Below, piece after piece: positions 8,736 through 18,474 of a stretch of 64,000 nt of DNA. The stretch covers positions 2,711-66,710 of the forward strand of contig JAKSNX010000001.1 of the NCBI GenBank assembly GCA_024405815.1. The letters are read 5' to 3'. A model generated the notes under the pieces. That model was not told the DNA's origin and searched no databases. It was given only the letters and a program-made list of their open reading frames with translations. The stretch is from Paludibacteraceae bacterium (GTDB taxonomy: Bacteria; Bacteroidota; Bacteroidia; Bacteroidales; Paludibacteraceae). Position numbers and translations under genes: made by a program. The stretch's first letter is position 1. Each line of letters starts with the position of its first letter.

Positions 8736-10634
8736 ATGATATGTACCAGCATACAGAACAAGACTCTATCTGAGATTACTTCCGTTTTAAGTAACCCCGA
8801 TGTAGAGATGGCGGAAATAAGGCTTGACCTATGCCCGGCACTCTCTGCACACGATATTGAAACGCTGTTCTCTAAAGCAAGGATTCCACTTTTAGCCACC
8901 TGCAGAATATCACCCGATATAACAGAGAGTGAGGCTACCCATAAATTAGAGTCCGCAATTAAAAGTGGTGCCGCTTTTGCTGATGTAGAAATTGAGGCAA
9001 GCGCTGAAATGGCAACCCATATTTCCAAAGTGTGTAAAGACAATCATTGCCGCTTTATACGTTCAGTCCACTTTTTTAACGGAACACCATCTGTTGATAT
9101 TTTGCAAGAGTACGTTTTAAAGTGCAAGAGAGGGTACGCCGATATAATTAAAATTGTTACATACGCTGGTAATGCCGATGATGTCAAGACTGTGCAAAAA
9201 CTTTACACACCATCACTTACAGGCACTCTTATAGCCTTTTGTATGGGTGAAGCGGGCAAACAAAGCCGTATGGACGCATTAAGATACGGGGCACCATTCA
9301 CATACGCCGCATTATCTGAAAAGGAGGCTACCGCCGCAGGGCAATGGATTGCCTCTAATATGTATTCTGCACTATATGGAGGCAACCATCAACAATATAG
9401 TTTTAACAACAAAAACATAGAACTTCCCTCATCAAAAAGCATTGCACAGAGGGCTATAATAGCAGCAATGCTATCTAATGGAGAATCAGTGCTTACAAAC
9501 TACTATCCTTGTGAGGATTCAGAATCCGCCATAGCGTTAATCCGCAATCTTGGTGCAGAAGTATCTATCTCAGGCTCAACCCTTATAATAAACGGTGGAC
9601 TCTCAAATACTACAAACAGCGTATTTGTCGGGGAATCGGGGTTCTTAACCAGATTAATCACACCTATACTATCTTTAAGCGGCAGACAAATTACTGTAAA
9701 TGGAGAGAAAACTCTTGTAGGCAGACCTCTTAAAGGTATAATTGAGACAATGGACAGTTTTGGGGTAGAGATAGACAAAGACAGCGTGCCGTTTACCATA
9801 AAAGGCAAATTGTCATCGGGTGGCAAAACAGTATCGGGGAAATACGGCTCACAAATAATCAGCGGACTACTTGCCGCATTGCCACTGCTTAAACAGCCGT
9901 CAAGTCTGACTATATCTAATCCTAAGAGCGTTCCGTACCTATTTATGACCATAGACGTGCTAAAGGAATTTGGAATTAAGATTAACCATAGTTTCAATGA
10001 CGGAAATTTGACGGTGAATATAGACGGCCGTCAAACCTATAAACCGGCAAATCTAAAGTTGGAGGCAGATTGGAGCAGTGCCGCCCCAATGCTTGTGGCA
10101 GGTGCTATATTTACAGGCATAACATTAAAAGGGCTGAACCTTGATTCTGTTCAGGCAGACAAGCAAATAATTGATATTCTGCAAGATGCAGGGGTTTCAA
10201 TAAACATAAGCGATACAGAGATAACTGTATCAAAATCACCTCTGCACTCATTTAAGGCAGACCTTAATAACGCACCTGATTTATTCCCTGTGGCCTCAGT
10301 TCTTGCGGCATTTTCAGAAGGTAAAAGTGAGATTGACGGACTTGGCAGACTCTCTGGTAAAGAGTCTGATAGAGCAAAAGCAATTACAGAAATGTTGGCA
10401 AAGCTTGGTGTAAAGTGTAGCCAAAATGGCGACACTTTAGTGGTTCAAGGACACTCATTAAGCTACAGACATGCTAATACAGATATGCTGAACGCAGGTT
10501 CATACACCTCTTCAAATGACCACAGAATGGTGATGGCTTTAAAAATCGCAGAATTGGGGGCATCGGGTAAAATAGAGATAGACAATACAGAGTGTGTTGC
10601 CAAATCATTCCCAAAATTTAATTTTTATTTTTGA
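8736..10634 (+). CDS. aroA: Bifunctional fusion: type I 3-dehydroquinate dehydratase (N-terminal, about 215 aa) plus 3-phosphoshikimate 1-carboxyvinyltransferase / EPSP synthase (C-terminal, about 410 aa)
   Basis: One uninterrupted 632 aa ORF. The N-terminus carries the AroD type I pattern: EIRLD, LLATCR, RSVHFF, IIKIVTYA (Schiff-base Lys context) and AFCMGEAGKQSR. From about residue 225 it carries the EPSPS pattern: LPSSKSIAQRA, GKESDRA and NDHRMVMA. Confidence 0.85.
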   Translation: MICTSIQNKTLSEITSVLSNPDVEMAEIRLDLCPALSAHDIETLFSKARIPLLATCRISPDITESEATHKLESAIKSGAAFADVEIEASAEMATHISKVCKDNHCRFIRSVHFFNGTPSVDILQEYVLKCKRGYADIIKIVTYAGNADDVKTVQKLYTPSLTGTLIAFCMGEAGKQSRMDALRYGAPFTYAALSEKEATAAGQWIASNMYSALYGGNHQQYSFNNKNIELPSSKSIAQRAIIAAMLSNGESVLTNYYPCEDSESAIALIRNLGAEVSISGSTLIINGGLSNTTNSVFVGESGFLTRLITPILSLSGRQITVNGEKTLVGRPLKGIIETMDSFGVEIDKDSVPFTIKGKLSSGGKTVSGKYGSQIISGLLAALPLLKQPSSLTISNPKSVPYLFMTIDVLKEFGIKINHSFNDGNLTVNIDGRQTYKPANLKLEADWSSAAPMLVAGAIFTGITLKGLNLDSVQADKQIIDILQDAGVSINISDTEITVSKSPLHSFKADLNNAPDLFPVASVLAAFSEGKSEIDGLGRLSGKESDRAKAITEMLAKLGVKCSQNGDTLVVQGHSLSYRHANTDMLNAGSYTSSNDHRMVMALKIAELGASGKIEIDNTECVAKSFPKFNFYF

Positions 10635-10921
10635 CTTAAGGCTGAACACGCCTCTTCAATATAAGAGTGCTGATAATTTTTTGAAATATCCATTATATCT
10701 TGGAAAAATTCAGAACAATACCTCTTAAGATTCTCATCTTCAATATTTTTTAAGGCATTGTCTATCACTTTCCGTTCCCTTGACTCATCAAGCACAGGTA
10801 AGCTGTTAGCCTTTTTGTACTCAGCCACTTTTCTGCTGAGTTTCATTCTTTTCTCAAACAACTTAGCCATATCGTTATCTATGGCAAGCAGTTGCTCCCT
10901 TATAGACTCCAAATCATTCAT
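10625..10921 (-). CDS. Chorismate mutase (AroQ class, monofunctional)
   Basis: 98 aa: LESIREQLLAIDNDMAKLFEKRMKLSRKVAEYKKANSLPVLDESRERKVID is a typical AroQ helix pattern. Its 3' end overlaps the convergent aroD-aroA end by 10 nt. Its start lies 3 nt after the relA/spoT-like stop. Confidence 0.8.
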   Translation of the reverse strand: MNDLESIREQLLAIDNDMAKLFEKRMKLSRKVAEYKKANSLPVLDESRERKVIDNALKNIEDENLKRYCSEFFQDIMDISKNYQHSYIEEACSALSQK

Positions 10922-10924
10922 AGG

Positions 10925-12820
10925 TTATAACATTCTGCCGTGCTCTCTTCTAACTTCATATACATTAGGTATATTCTGAAGACCCGATATCAAAACTTTA
11001 AGCTCATCTAAAGAGTGAATAAAAGTCTTTATGTTGCACTCTATTATCTCATCGGCGGTGGTACTGTTAATACTGTCAATGCTTAGTTTCATAGTACCCG
11101 ATATGAATTTCATTATATCATAAAGGAACATATCCCTATTTACAGCCTTGATAATAATTCCCGTAGGATAAGCTTTATCAGGGTCGCTCTTTAACTCCAC
11201 CTGAGTAATTTCATCGCCCTGCTGTGATGATAGCGACAACGCAGAGTCACAACTGCACTTATGAACAAGCACAGAACCATCTTTACGCTTGAATCCTACA
11301 ACCTCATCACCTGGAAGCGGATGACAACGCTCACAAAGTTCCAATTTTACCGCCCCCTTATCCTTGTCCCTCTGAACTGAATTCAGATAGTGGCGGATAT
11401 GTACCCTTGCCCTATATGTCTGTGCATATTTGAGCCAATGCTCCTGTGGATGAAAATCATCATCAGTACCAATCTTCACCCTATCACCACGTGTAAGAGG
11501 TGTGGTTATGGCACATAACTTATCATTTATTATTGCATACTTAGCATGGTCACCTATATCGGAGTGAATCTCGTATGCAAAATCTATGGCACTTGAACCC
11601 TTTGGAAGTAACACTTTACTTCCGTCAGAAGAGAACACAACTATATCATCATGGTAAAAACTAGTAATCACATCATCAAAAATCTGGTCTTTACTCTGGT
11701 CAGAAATATCCTGCAGCACAAGCTTGAATTTATCAATCCACTTATCTACACCGGTCTCACGCTCCGCCAAACAACCATACTGGCTTTGACGCCTCATCTC
11801 ACGGCTCTGAATATGAACCTCCATCCATCTACCCTCGTTACCCATAAGTTTGCAGTGCAGGCTTCTATATCCATTTGCCTTAGGAGTGTCTATATAATTC
11901 AGTAAACTATATGGTTTCTCTGTATAAAGTTCTGTAAGTAAAGAATATATGAATAGTGCCGTATCTTTTTCCCCTCCTGTTCTCTCTCTTGAATTCTTTT
12001 CAGGCAAAAAAGTGTCATAACATATATGAACCACACGTATATGCTCTATCTCCTTAAATGACTCCCTTGTCTGGTGCATTTTATACCAAAGTGAATACAC
12101 ACTTCTGGGGTCACATGTTACAGTGGCATCTATTCCGTTCTCTTTCAACTTTTTACGTATAGGGTCCATCCATTTTTCAGCAGCGTCAGAGTGTTGAAGC
12201 ACATAATTGTTAAGATGCTCCTGAATAAGACTGTATTCAAATGGAGAACGATATTGAAGCCCTAAATTCTCCAACTCTGTCTTTATAAGGTATAGTCCCA
12301 ATCTATTGGCAAGCGGAGCATAAAAGAAATCGGTTTCAGCGGCAATCTTAAGCTGTTTCTCAGGCTTCATACTCTTTAAGGTACGCATGTTATGTAAACG
12401 GTCTGCAAGCTTAATCAGTAATGCCCTAATATCATAATTAAAAGCGGCAAGCATCTGCTTAAAATTAGCAACTTGCTGAGAACCAACTTTTACTGATTTT
12501 TGTTTAGTAACTGTATTTACAAGATATGCAACCTCATCACCAAACTCATCCCTTATGTAATCTATGGTATATTCAGTATCCTCAACCACATCGTGTAGCA
12601 GAGCCGCCATAACAGGTACCGCCCCTAATTGCATATCATTATTGATGATTTGAGCAACGGCAATGGGGTGTATAATATATGGCTCACCACTTCTGCGGAA
12701 CTGTCCGTCATGAGCTTTCTTTGCCAAAAAATACGCCTTCTTAATATCCTCAATCTCCTGCTTTGTATGGCGTGCGCTAATTTGTGAAAAAAAGTTGTTT
12801 TGTAAAGATTCTACGTCCAT
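10925..12820 (-). CDS. RelA/SpoT-homolog (long RSH) with HD hydrolase, synthetase-like, TGS and C-terminal domains
   Basis: 631 aa. HD domain: HPIAVAQI...LLHDVVEDT. Synthetase-like region: SVYSLWYKM and PKANGYRSLHCKL. TGS region: VVFSSDGSKVLLPKGSSAIDFAYEIHSDIG. Confidence 0.85.
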   Translation of the reverse strand: MDVESLQNNFFSQISARHTKQEIEDIKKAYFLAKKAHDGQFRRSGEPYIIHPIAVAQIINNDMQLGAVPVMAALLHDVVEDTEYTIDYIRDEFGDEVAYLVNTVTKQKSVKVGSQQVANFKQMLAAFNYDIRALLIKLADRLHNMRTLKSMKPEKQLKIAAETDFFYAPLANRLGLYLIKTELENLGLQYRSPFEYSLIQEHLNNYVLQHSDAAEKWMDPIRKKLKENGIDATVTCDPRSVYSLWYKMHQTRESFKEIEHIRVVHICYDTFLPEKNSRERTGGEKDTALFIYSLLTELYTEKPYSLLNYIDTPKANGYRSLHCKLMGNEGRWMEVHIQSREMRRQSQYGCLAERETGVDKWIDKFKLVLQDISDQSKDQIFDDVITSFYHDDIVVFSSDGSKVLLPKGSSAIDFAYEIHSDIGDHAKYAIINDKLCAITTPLTRGDRVKIGTDDDFHPQEHWLKYAQTYRARVHIRHYLNSVQRDKDKGAVKLELCERCHPLPGDEVVGFKRKDGSVLVHKCSCDSALSLSSQQGDEITQVELKSDPDKAYPTGIIIKAVNRDMFLYDIMKFISGTMKLSIDSINSTTADEIIECNIKTFIHSLDELKVLISGLQNIPNVYEVRREHGRML

Positions 12821-12919
12821 AAGCCTATAAAAATTGAAAACTAAAAAGCGAATTTACCTAAAAATTTATGCATTTGCAAATTTTTATGCATAAATATGCA
12901 ATTTTAAGTGCATTTGATA

Positions 12920-12957
12920 TAAAAAAATTGCCCTCCCATAAAAATAGAAGGGCAATT
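12920..12957 (-). terminator. Intrinsic terminator of the ribosomal alpha operon (after rplQ)
   Basis: The minus strand reads ATTGCCCT-loop-AGGGCAAT followed by TTTTTTT (plus-strand A-run 12921-12927). It lies 20 nt downstream of the rplQ stop. Confidence 0.6.
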
Positions 12958-12975
12958 TATCTATAAGACCAGCTA

Positions 12976-13509
12976 TTATTCAGCTGCTTTCTCTTCTGCG
13001 GCAGGAGCCTCAGCAGGTGCTTCAGCTGGTGCCTCTGTAGCAGGTTTTTCCTCTTTTACAGGAGCATCCTCTACATCTTGAGCGGCAGCCTTCTTTGTTG
13101 AACGACGAGTTCTTGCTTTCTTCTTAGGAGCATTATCCTTAAGCATACCCTCGTTGTAATCAACTAACTCTATTAAGCACATTTGTGCGGCGTCACCAAG
13201 ACGGAAACCAGTCTTTAGGATACGTGTATATCCACCTGGACGATTAGCAACACGGCTTGATATTTCACCAAAAAGTAAAGTTACAGCCTCTTTATTTTGT
13301 AGTTCACTAAATACCACACGTCTTGAAGCTGTAGTATCATCCTTGCTCTTTGTAATAAGCGGTTCTACAAACTTACGCAACTCTTTAGCCTTGGCAAGTG
13401 TTGTGTTAATTCTTTTATGCTTAATAAGCGACACCGCCATATTAGCAAGCATTGCATTGCGGTGCGATGCTTGTCTTCCCAAATGATTAAATTTCTTATT
13501 GTGTCTCAT
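12976..13509 (-). CDS. rplQ: 50S ribosomal protein L17 with Ala/Glu/Pro-rich C-terminal extension
   Basis: [25 protein letters not shown] is the canonical L17 N-terminus. The tail ends [21 protein letters not shown]. Confidence 0.95.
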   Translation of the reverse strand: MRHNKKFNHLGRQASHRNAMLANMAVSLIKHKRINTTLAKAKELRKFVEPLITKSKDDTTASRRVVFSELQNKEAVTLLFGEISSRVANRPGGYTRILKTGFRLGDAAQMCLIELVDYNEGMLKDNAPKKKARTRRSTKKAAAQDVEDAPVKEEKPATEAPAEAPAEAPAAEEKAAE

Positions 13510-13514
13510 TGTAA

Positions 13515-14510
13515 TTACTCTTTATCAAGTTTATATTTAGAAATATCCATGCCAAATGACAAGTTCAGACTCTCAAGTTTCTCATCTAACTCTACAAGTG
13601 ATTTTTTACCAAAATTACGGAATTTAAGTAAATCATTTCTGTTATAAGAAACAAGCTCAGCCAATGTCTCAACGTCAGCAGCCTTCAAACAATTCAAAGC
13701 TCTGACAGACAAGTCCAAATCAACTAATTTTGTCTTTAGCAACTGACGCATGTGAAGTGCATCCTCATCAAAAGTCTCACCTCCATCTTGTTGGTCAAGG
13801 TCAATTGTTATCTTCTCATCAGAGAACAACATAAAATGATAGATAAGAATCTTAGCTGCCTCTTTAAGAGCATCTTTTGGATGAATAGAGCCATCTGTAT
13901 CAATTTCAATGGTCAATTTCTCATAGTCAGTCTTCTGCTCTACACGGAAATTATCAACTGTATATTTTACATTCACAATAGGAGTGTAAATAGAGTCAAT
14001 AGGAATAATTCCTATCTCACCATTGAACATTTCACGATTCTCTTCAGCTGGAACCCAACCACGTCCCTTATTGATTGTAAGCTCAATATGGAAAGATGCA
14101 GTCTTGTCCATTGTACAAATTTCAAGGTCTGGATTAAGCACCTCAAAATTTGTCAGTTTCTTACTAATATCACTTGCTTTGAATACTGTAGTATCAGCCA
14201 CGTCAATAGAAATCTTATCGCTATCTGCATTTTCAACAATCTGTTTCAAACGCACCTTCTTAAGGTTTAGGATAATATTGGTAACATCTTCCATTACACC
14301 CGGTATTGTGGCAAACTCATGCTGAACACCGTTTATCTTAATAGATGTAATGGCAAAGCCCTCTAATGATGAAAGCAAAATTCTTCTCAATGCATTTCCA
14401 ATAGTAATACCAAAGCCCGGCTCCAAAGGACGGAACTCAAATTTACCATGGAAAGCGTCTGCCTCCAACATGATGACTTGATCTGGTTTTTGAAATGGTA
14501 ATATAGCCAT
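13515..14510 (-). CDS. rpoA: DNA-directed RNA polymerase subunit alpha
   Basis: 331 aa with [11 protein letters not shown] and the C-terminal domain [14 protein letters not shown]. Sits in the conserved operon position. Confidence 0.96.
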   Translation of the reverse strand: MAILPFQKPDQVIMLEADAFHGKFEFRPLEPGFGITIGNALRRILLSSLEGFAITSIKINGVQHEFATIPGVMEDVTNIILNLKKVRLKQIVENADSDKISIDVADTTVFKASDISKKLTNFEVLNPDLEICTMDKTASFHIELTINKGRGWVPAEENREMFNGEIGIIPIDSIYTPIVNVKYTVDNFRVEQKTDYEKLTIEIDTDGSIHPKDALKEAAKILIYHFMLFSDEKITIDLDQQDGGETFDEDALHMRQLLKTKLVDLDLSVRALNCLKAADVETLAELVSYNRNDLLKFRNFGKKSLVELDEKLESLNLSFGMDISKYKLDKE

Positions 14511-14519
14511 AATTCTACA

Positions 14520-15125
14520 TTATTTAGAGTAAAGTTCAACTATTAACTGTTCTTTAATATTCTCAGGAATATCCGCCCTGTCAGGTAAATGGAGGAATTT
14601 TCCAGCCTTTGCAGACTCATCAAACTCAATCCAAGGATATTTGCTATGATTAAATCCTGCCAAGCAGTCGTTAATCACTTCAAGTGATTTGGATTTCTCC
14701 CTTACACCTACTATATCTCCTTGTTTAACTTGATAAGATGGAATATTTACCACCTGACCATTAACCACAATATGCTTGTGGCTAACCAACTGACGTGCTG
14801 CATCACGTGTAGGAGCCATTCCTAAACGATATACAACGTTATCAAGTCTTGACTCAAGCAATTGAAGCAGAATTTCACCTGTAATACCTTTAGCACGTTG
14901 TGCTTTGTCAAACAAGTTAGAGAACTGTCTCTCTAATACACCGTATGTATATTTGGCTTTTTGTTTCTCTTTCAACTGTGTGCCATACTCAGAAGTCTTA
15001 CGCTTACGGTTGTTGCCATGCTGTCCTGGAGGATAGTTCTTCTTTGTTAAAACTTTATCAGCACCATATATAGCCTCACCAAATTTACGGGCTATTTTAG
15101 TTTTTGGACCGGTATATCTAGCCAT
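14520..15125 (-). CDS. rpsD: 30S ribosomal protein S4
   Basis: [17 protein letters not shown], 201 aa, in the conserved order. Confidence 0.96.
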   Translation of the reverse strand: MARYTGPKTKIARKFGEAIYGADKVLTKKNYPPGQHGNNRKRKTSEYGTQLKEKQKAKYTYGVLERQFSNLFDKAQRAKGITGEILLQLLESRLDNVVYRLGMAPTRDAARQLVSHKHIVVNGQVVNIPSYQVKQGDIVGVREKSKSLEVINDCLAGFNHSKYPWIEFDESAKAGKFLHLPDRADIPENIKEQLIVELYSK

Positions 15126-15158
15126 TTTATTTCAATTTTTAGCATTCAACATAAATTA

Positions 15159-15548
15159 TTAAACTCTACGTCTCTTTGGAGGACGACATCCGTTATGTGG
15201 AAGTGGTGTTACATCAATGATTTCTGTAACCTCAATTCCTGCACCGTGAATTGTACGGATTGCGGATTCACGTCCGTTACCCGGTCCTTTTACGTATGCC
15301 TTAACTTTTCTAAGACCCAAATCAAACGCTACTTTTGCACAATCCTGTGCTGCCATTTGTGCAGCGTAAGGGGTGTTCTTCTTAGAACCACGGAACCCCA
15401 TTTTACCAGCTGAAGACCAAGATATAACCTCTCCGTCTTGGTTAGCTATGGTAACAATGATGTTGTTGAACGAAGAATAAACGTGGGCTTGCCCAGTTCC
15501 TTCTATTTTCACTACTCTTTTCTTGGTAGCGGCACTCTTTTTTGCCAT
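15159..15548 (-). CDS. rpsK: 30S ribosomal protein S11
   Basis: 129 aa ending [12 protein letters not shown]. Confidence 0.96.
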   Translation of the reverse strand: MAKKSAATKKRVVKIEGTGQAHVYSSFNNIIVTIANQDGEVISWSSAGKMGFRGSKKNTPYAAQMAAQDCAKVAFDLGLRKVKAYVKGPGNGRESAIRTIHGAGIEVTEIIDVTPLPHNGCRPPKRRRV

Positions 15549-15579
15549 ATCTTTAAAATTTTTGAGTTCGACAAATTAA

Positions 15580-15960
15580 TTACTTAGTAGCCTTTTTCTT
15601 ATTGGCAACTGTTTTCTTCTTACCTTTGCGGGTACGTGCATTGTTCTTTGTACTCTGACCACGTACAGGCAAACCTAAACGATGACGGATACCACGGTAA
15701 CAACCTATATCCATCAGACGTTTGATGTTCAATTGTACCTCTGAACGCAAATCACCTTCCACCTTAAATTGCGTGGCTATTACGTCACGAATTTTAGCGG
15801 CTTGGTCATCTGTCCAATCTTGTACTTTGATGTCTTTGTCGACTCCAGCGGCTGCCAATATCTTATTAGCTCCGCTTCTTCCAATTCCGTAGATATAGGT
15901 TAAACCTATTTCACCTCTCTTATTCTGAGGTAAATCTACTCCAGCGATTCTTATAGCCAT
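15580..15960 (-). CDS. rpsM: 30S ribosomal protein S13
   Basis: [15 protein letters not shown], 126 aa. Confidence 0.96.
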   Translation of the reverse strand: MAIRIAGVDLPQNKRGEIGLTYIYGIGRSGANKILAAAGVDKDIKVQDWTDDQAAKIRDVIATQFKVEGDLRSEVQLNIKRLMDIGCYRGIRHRLGLPVRGQSTKNNARTRKGKKKTVANKKKATK

Positions 15961-15985
15961 AAACTATTATATAAAATTTAAGTTA

Positions 15986-16102
15986 TTAACCTTGACGTTG
16001 TTTCATTTTAGGGTCCTTTTTGTTTATCACATACAAACGACCTTTTCTACGTACGATTTTGCAATCGTCATTACGTTTCTTAATAGACGCTCTTACTTTC
16101 AT
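15986..16102 (-). CDS. rpmJ: 50S ribosomal protein L36 (38 aa)
   Basis: Below the ORF-track size cutoff. Manual minus-strand translation gives [38 protein letters not shown], located between infA and rpsM as expected. Confidence 0.9.
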   Translation of the reverse strand: MKVRASIKKRNDDCKIVRRKGRLYVINKKDPKMKQRQG

Positions 16103-16121
16103 TTCTGTATATTTTTATTTG

Positions 16122-16340
16122 TTATTTATATCTGAATGATATTCTTCCTCTGGACAAATCGTACGGTGTCATCTCTACACGAACCTTATCACCTGGTAAT
16201 ATCCTGATATAGTGCATACGCATCTTACCCGATATGTGTGCTATAATCTCGTGTCCGTTCTCAAGTTGCACCCTAAACATAGCGTTAGATAACGCTTCCA
16301 TTATTGTGCCGTCTTGTTCTATTGCCGCTTGCTTTGCCAT
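16122..16340 (-). CDS. infA: Translation initiation factor IF-1
   Basis: 72 aa with [12 protein letters not shown]...[19 protein letters not shown]. Confidence 0.95.
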   Translation of the reverse strand: MAKQAAIEQDGTIMEALSNAMFRVQLENGHEIIAHISGKMRMHYIRILPGDKVRVEMTPYDLSRGRISFRYK

Positions 16341-16343
16341 ATA

Positions 16344-17120
16344 TTACTTATTTTTCAAAACTTCATCTACAAAATCAAAAGATGATAATATCTCAGCTTT
16401 ACCCTGATGAATAGCCACTGTATGTTCAAAATGTGCTGATGGCTTATGGTCTATTGTTCTCACGGTCCAACCGTCTTTCTCAAACACCACTGCTTTATTA
16501 CCCATGTTAATCATAGGCTCAATGGCGATAACCATTCCCTCCTTAAGCATAACACCCTGCCCCTTCTTTCCAAAGTTTGGCACTTCAGGAGCCTCGTGCA
16601 TATCTTTCCCTACACCATGGCCAACCAAATCTCTGACTACAGAATAGCCATGAGATTCACAATGGCGCTGTATAGCATGTCCTATATCACCTATGCGATT
16701 ACCTTCAACTGCCTGCTCTATACCTAAATACAGTGCTTCTCTTGTAGTTTTCAGTAAACGTTTAACCTTCTCATCAACCTCTCCCACACAAAATGTAAAT
16801 GCAGAATCTCCGTAGAATCCATCTACAATAGTTCCACAGTCCACCGAGACTATATCACCCTCTTTCAGTGCGTATGATGATGGTATCCCATGTACCACAT
16901 TCTCATTAACAGAGATGCATAGTGTATTAGGAAATCCTCCATACCCTAAAAAGCCGGGGGTTGCTCCATTGGATCGGATAAAATCTTCAGCAATCTTATC
17001 AAGTTCAATAGTTGTAATGCCAGGTTTAATGGCTTTACCAACTTCTGCTAAAGTTTTCCCAACCAACTGATTAGCCCTTTTTAATGTGGCAATCTCTTCA
17101 GGTGTCTTGAGAAATATCAT
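16344..17120 (-). CDS. map: Type I methionine aminopeptidase
   Basis: 258 aa with the metal-ligand contexts VHGIP, DCG, GHGVG and IEPM. Confidence 0.93.
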   Translation of the reverse strand: MIFLKTPEEIATLKRANQLVGKTLAEVGKAIKPGITTIELDKIAEDFIRSNGATPGFLGYGGFPNTLCISVNENVVHGIPSSYALKEGDIVSVDCGTIVDGFYGDSAFTFCVGEVDEKVKRLLKTTREALYLGIEQAVEGNRIGDIGHAIQRHCESHGYSVVRDLVGHGVGKDMHEAPEVPNFGKKGQGVMLKEGMVIAIEPMINMGNKAVVFEKDGWTVRTIDHKPSAHFEHTVAIHQGKAEILSSFDFVDEVLKNK

Positions 17121-17132
17121 TTTTTCAATCTA

Positions 17133-18464
17133 TTAATAGATAGCGCCTCTACCTTTAATTCTGGTGCCGTTAGAGCTAAAACCGTCATAATGACGATTAA
17201 CCAGATACGTCTCTATCTGCTGCAAAGTATCAAGCACCACACCCACCATAATAAGAAGTGATGTGCCACCAAAGAATTGTGCAAATGCAGAACTTACACC
17301 AAACAGACCTGCAAAAGCAGGAAGTATGGCTACAACACCTAGGAATATTGAACCTGGCAATGTAATACGAGACATAATCGTATCCAAGTATTCAGCTGTT
17401 TTCTTACCTGGTTTGATACCTGGTATAAAGCCGTTGTTACGTTTCATCTCCTCAGACATCTGAGTAGGATTGATAATAACAGCCGTATAGAAATAGGTAA
17501 ACAAGATAATCAATAGGAAGAATACAAAATTGTACCAAAATCCGCCATTGTTTAGGAATGCCATTGCAAATGAACTAATCTCACCGTCCTTTGCAAAGAA
17601 ACCTATCAAAGAGGCAGGAATAAACATAATTGCCTGAGCAAAGATGATAGGCATTACGTTAGCTGCATTTACCTTCAAAGGTATGAACTGACGTACACCA
17701 CCATACTGTTTATTACCAACCACACGTTTTGCATACTGAACAGGAACTCTACGCACACCTTGTACAAGTAGAATGCTTAGAGCTATCACGATGAACAAGA
17801 ATACAATTTCTGCAATAAACATTACAAGACCACCTGAAGTCTCGTTAAGTCTTGAAGAAAACTCACCGAGAATAGCCCTTGGGAACCTTGCAATAATACC
17901 TACAAGAATTATGAAAGAGATTCCGTTTCCTACACCACGTTCTGTTATCCTCTCACCCAACCAAAGCACAAACATACTGCCTGCGGCAAGAATGATGGTT
18001 GACGTTATCATAAAGAAAGCCCCTTGTGGAACCACTTGACCAACCTGCATCTTTAAGTTAAGAAGATAGGCAGGACCTTGGATAATCAAAATCAAAACAG
18101 TAAGATAACGTGTAATCTGATTGATTTTCCTATGACCACTCTCACCCTCTTGTTGCAATTTCTTAAAATATGGGAATGCCATACCAAGCAATTGCACCAC
18201 GATGGATGCGGAGATGTAAGGCATTATACCTAACGCAAAGATTGATGCGTTAGAGAATGCACCTCCGGAGAACATATCAAGAAGCATCATAAGGCCACCT
18301 TCTGTCTGGGCACTCAAATTTGCAAGTTGGGTGGTATCAATGCCTGGCAACGCTATAAACGAGCCGAAACGATACACCAACACAAACAAGAATGTTATAA
18401 GCAGACGTTGCCTTAATTCCTCAATCTTGTATATGTTTTTTAATGTTTCTATAAACTTCTTCAT
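17133..18464 (-). CDS. secY: Preprotein translocase subunit SecY
   Basis: 443 aa multi-pass membrane protein with SIFALGIMPYISASI. Conserved position after rplO. Confidence 0.95.
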   Translation of the reverse strand: MKKFIETLKNIYKIEELRQRLLITFLFVLVYRFGSFIALPGIDTTQLANLSAQTEGGLMMLLDMFSGGAFSNASIFALGIMPYISASIVVQLLGMAFPYFKKLQQEGESGHRKINQITRYLTVLILIIQGPAYLLNLKMQVGQVVPQGAFFMITSTIILAAGSMFVLWLGERITERGVGNGISFIILVGIIARFPRAILGEFSSRLNETSGGLVMFIAEIVFLFIVIALSILLVQGVRRVPVQYAKRVVGNKQYGGVRQFIPLKVNAANVMPIIFAQAIMFIPASLIGFFAKDGEISSFAMAFLNNGGFWYNFVFFLLIILFTYFYTAVIINPTQMSEEMKRNNGFIPGIKPGKKTAEYLDTIMSRITLPGSIFLGVVAILPAFAGLFGVSSAFAQFFGGTSLLIMVGVVLDTLQQIETYLVNRHYDGFSSNGTRIKGRGAIY

Positions 18465-18474
18465 AACAAAGATT

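Noticed and set aside
15986-16102. L36 has only one Cys (no CxxC...CxxxH zinc ribbon) and S14 is the long non-zinc form. Considered as evidence for zinc-sparing paralogs.
   Set aside because: These are the only copies, sitting in the canonical operon positions. To my knowledge this Cys-less form is the normal one in Bacteroidota, not an alternative paralog.
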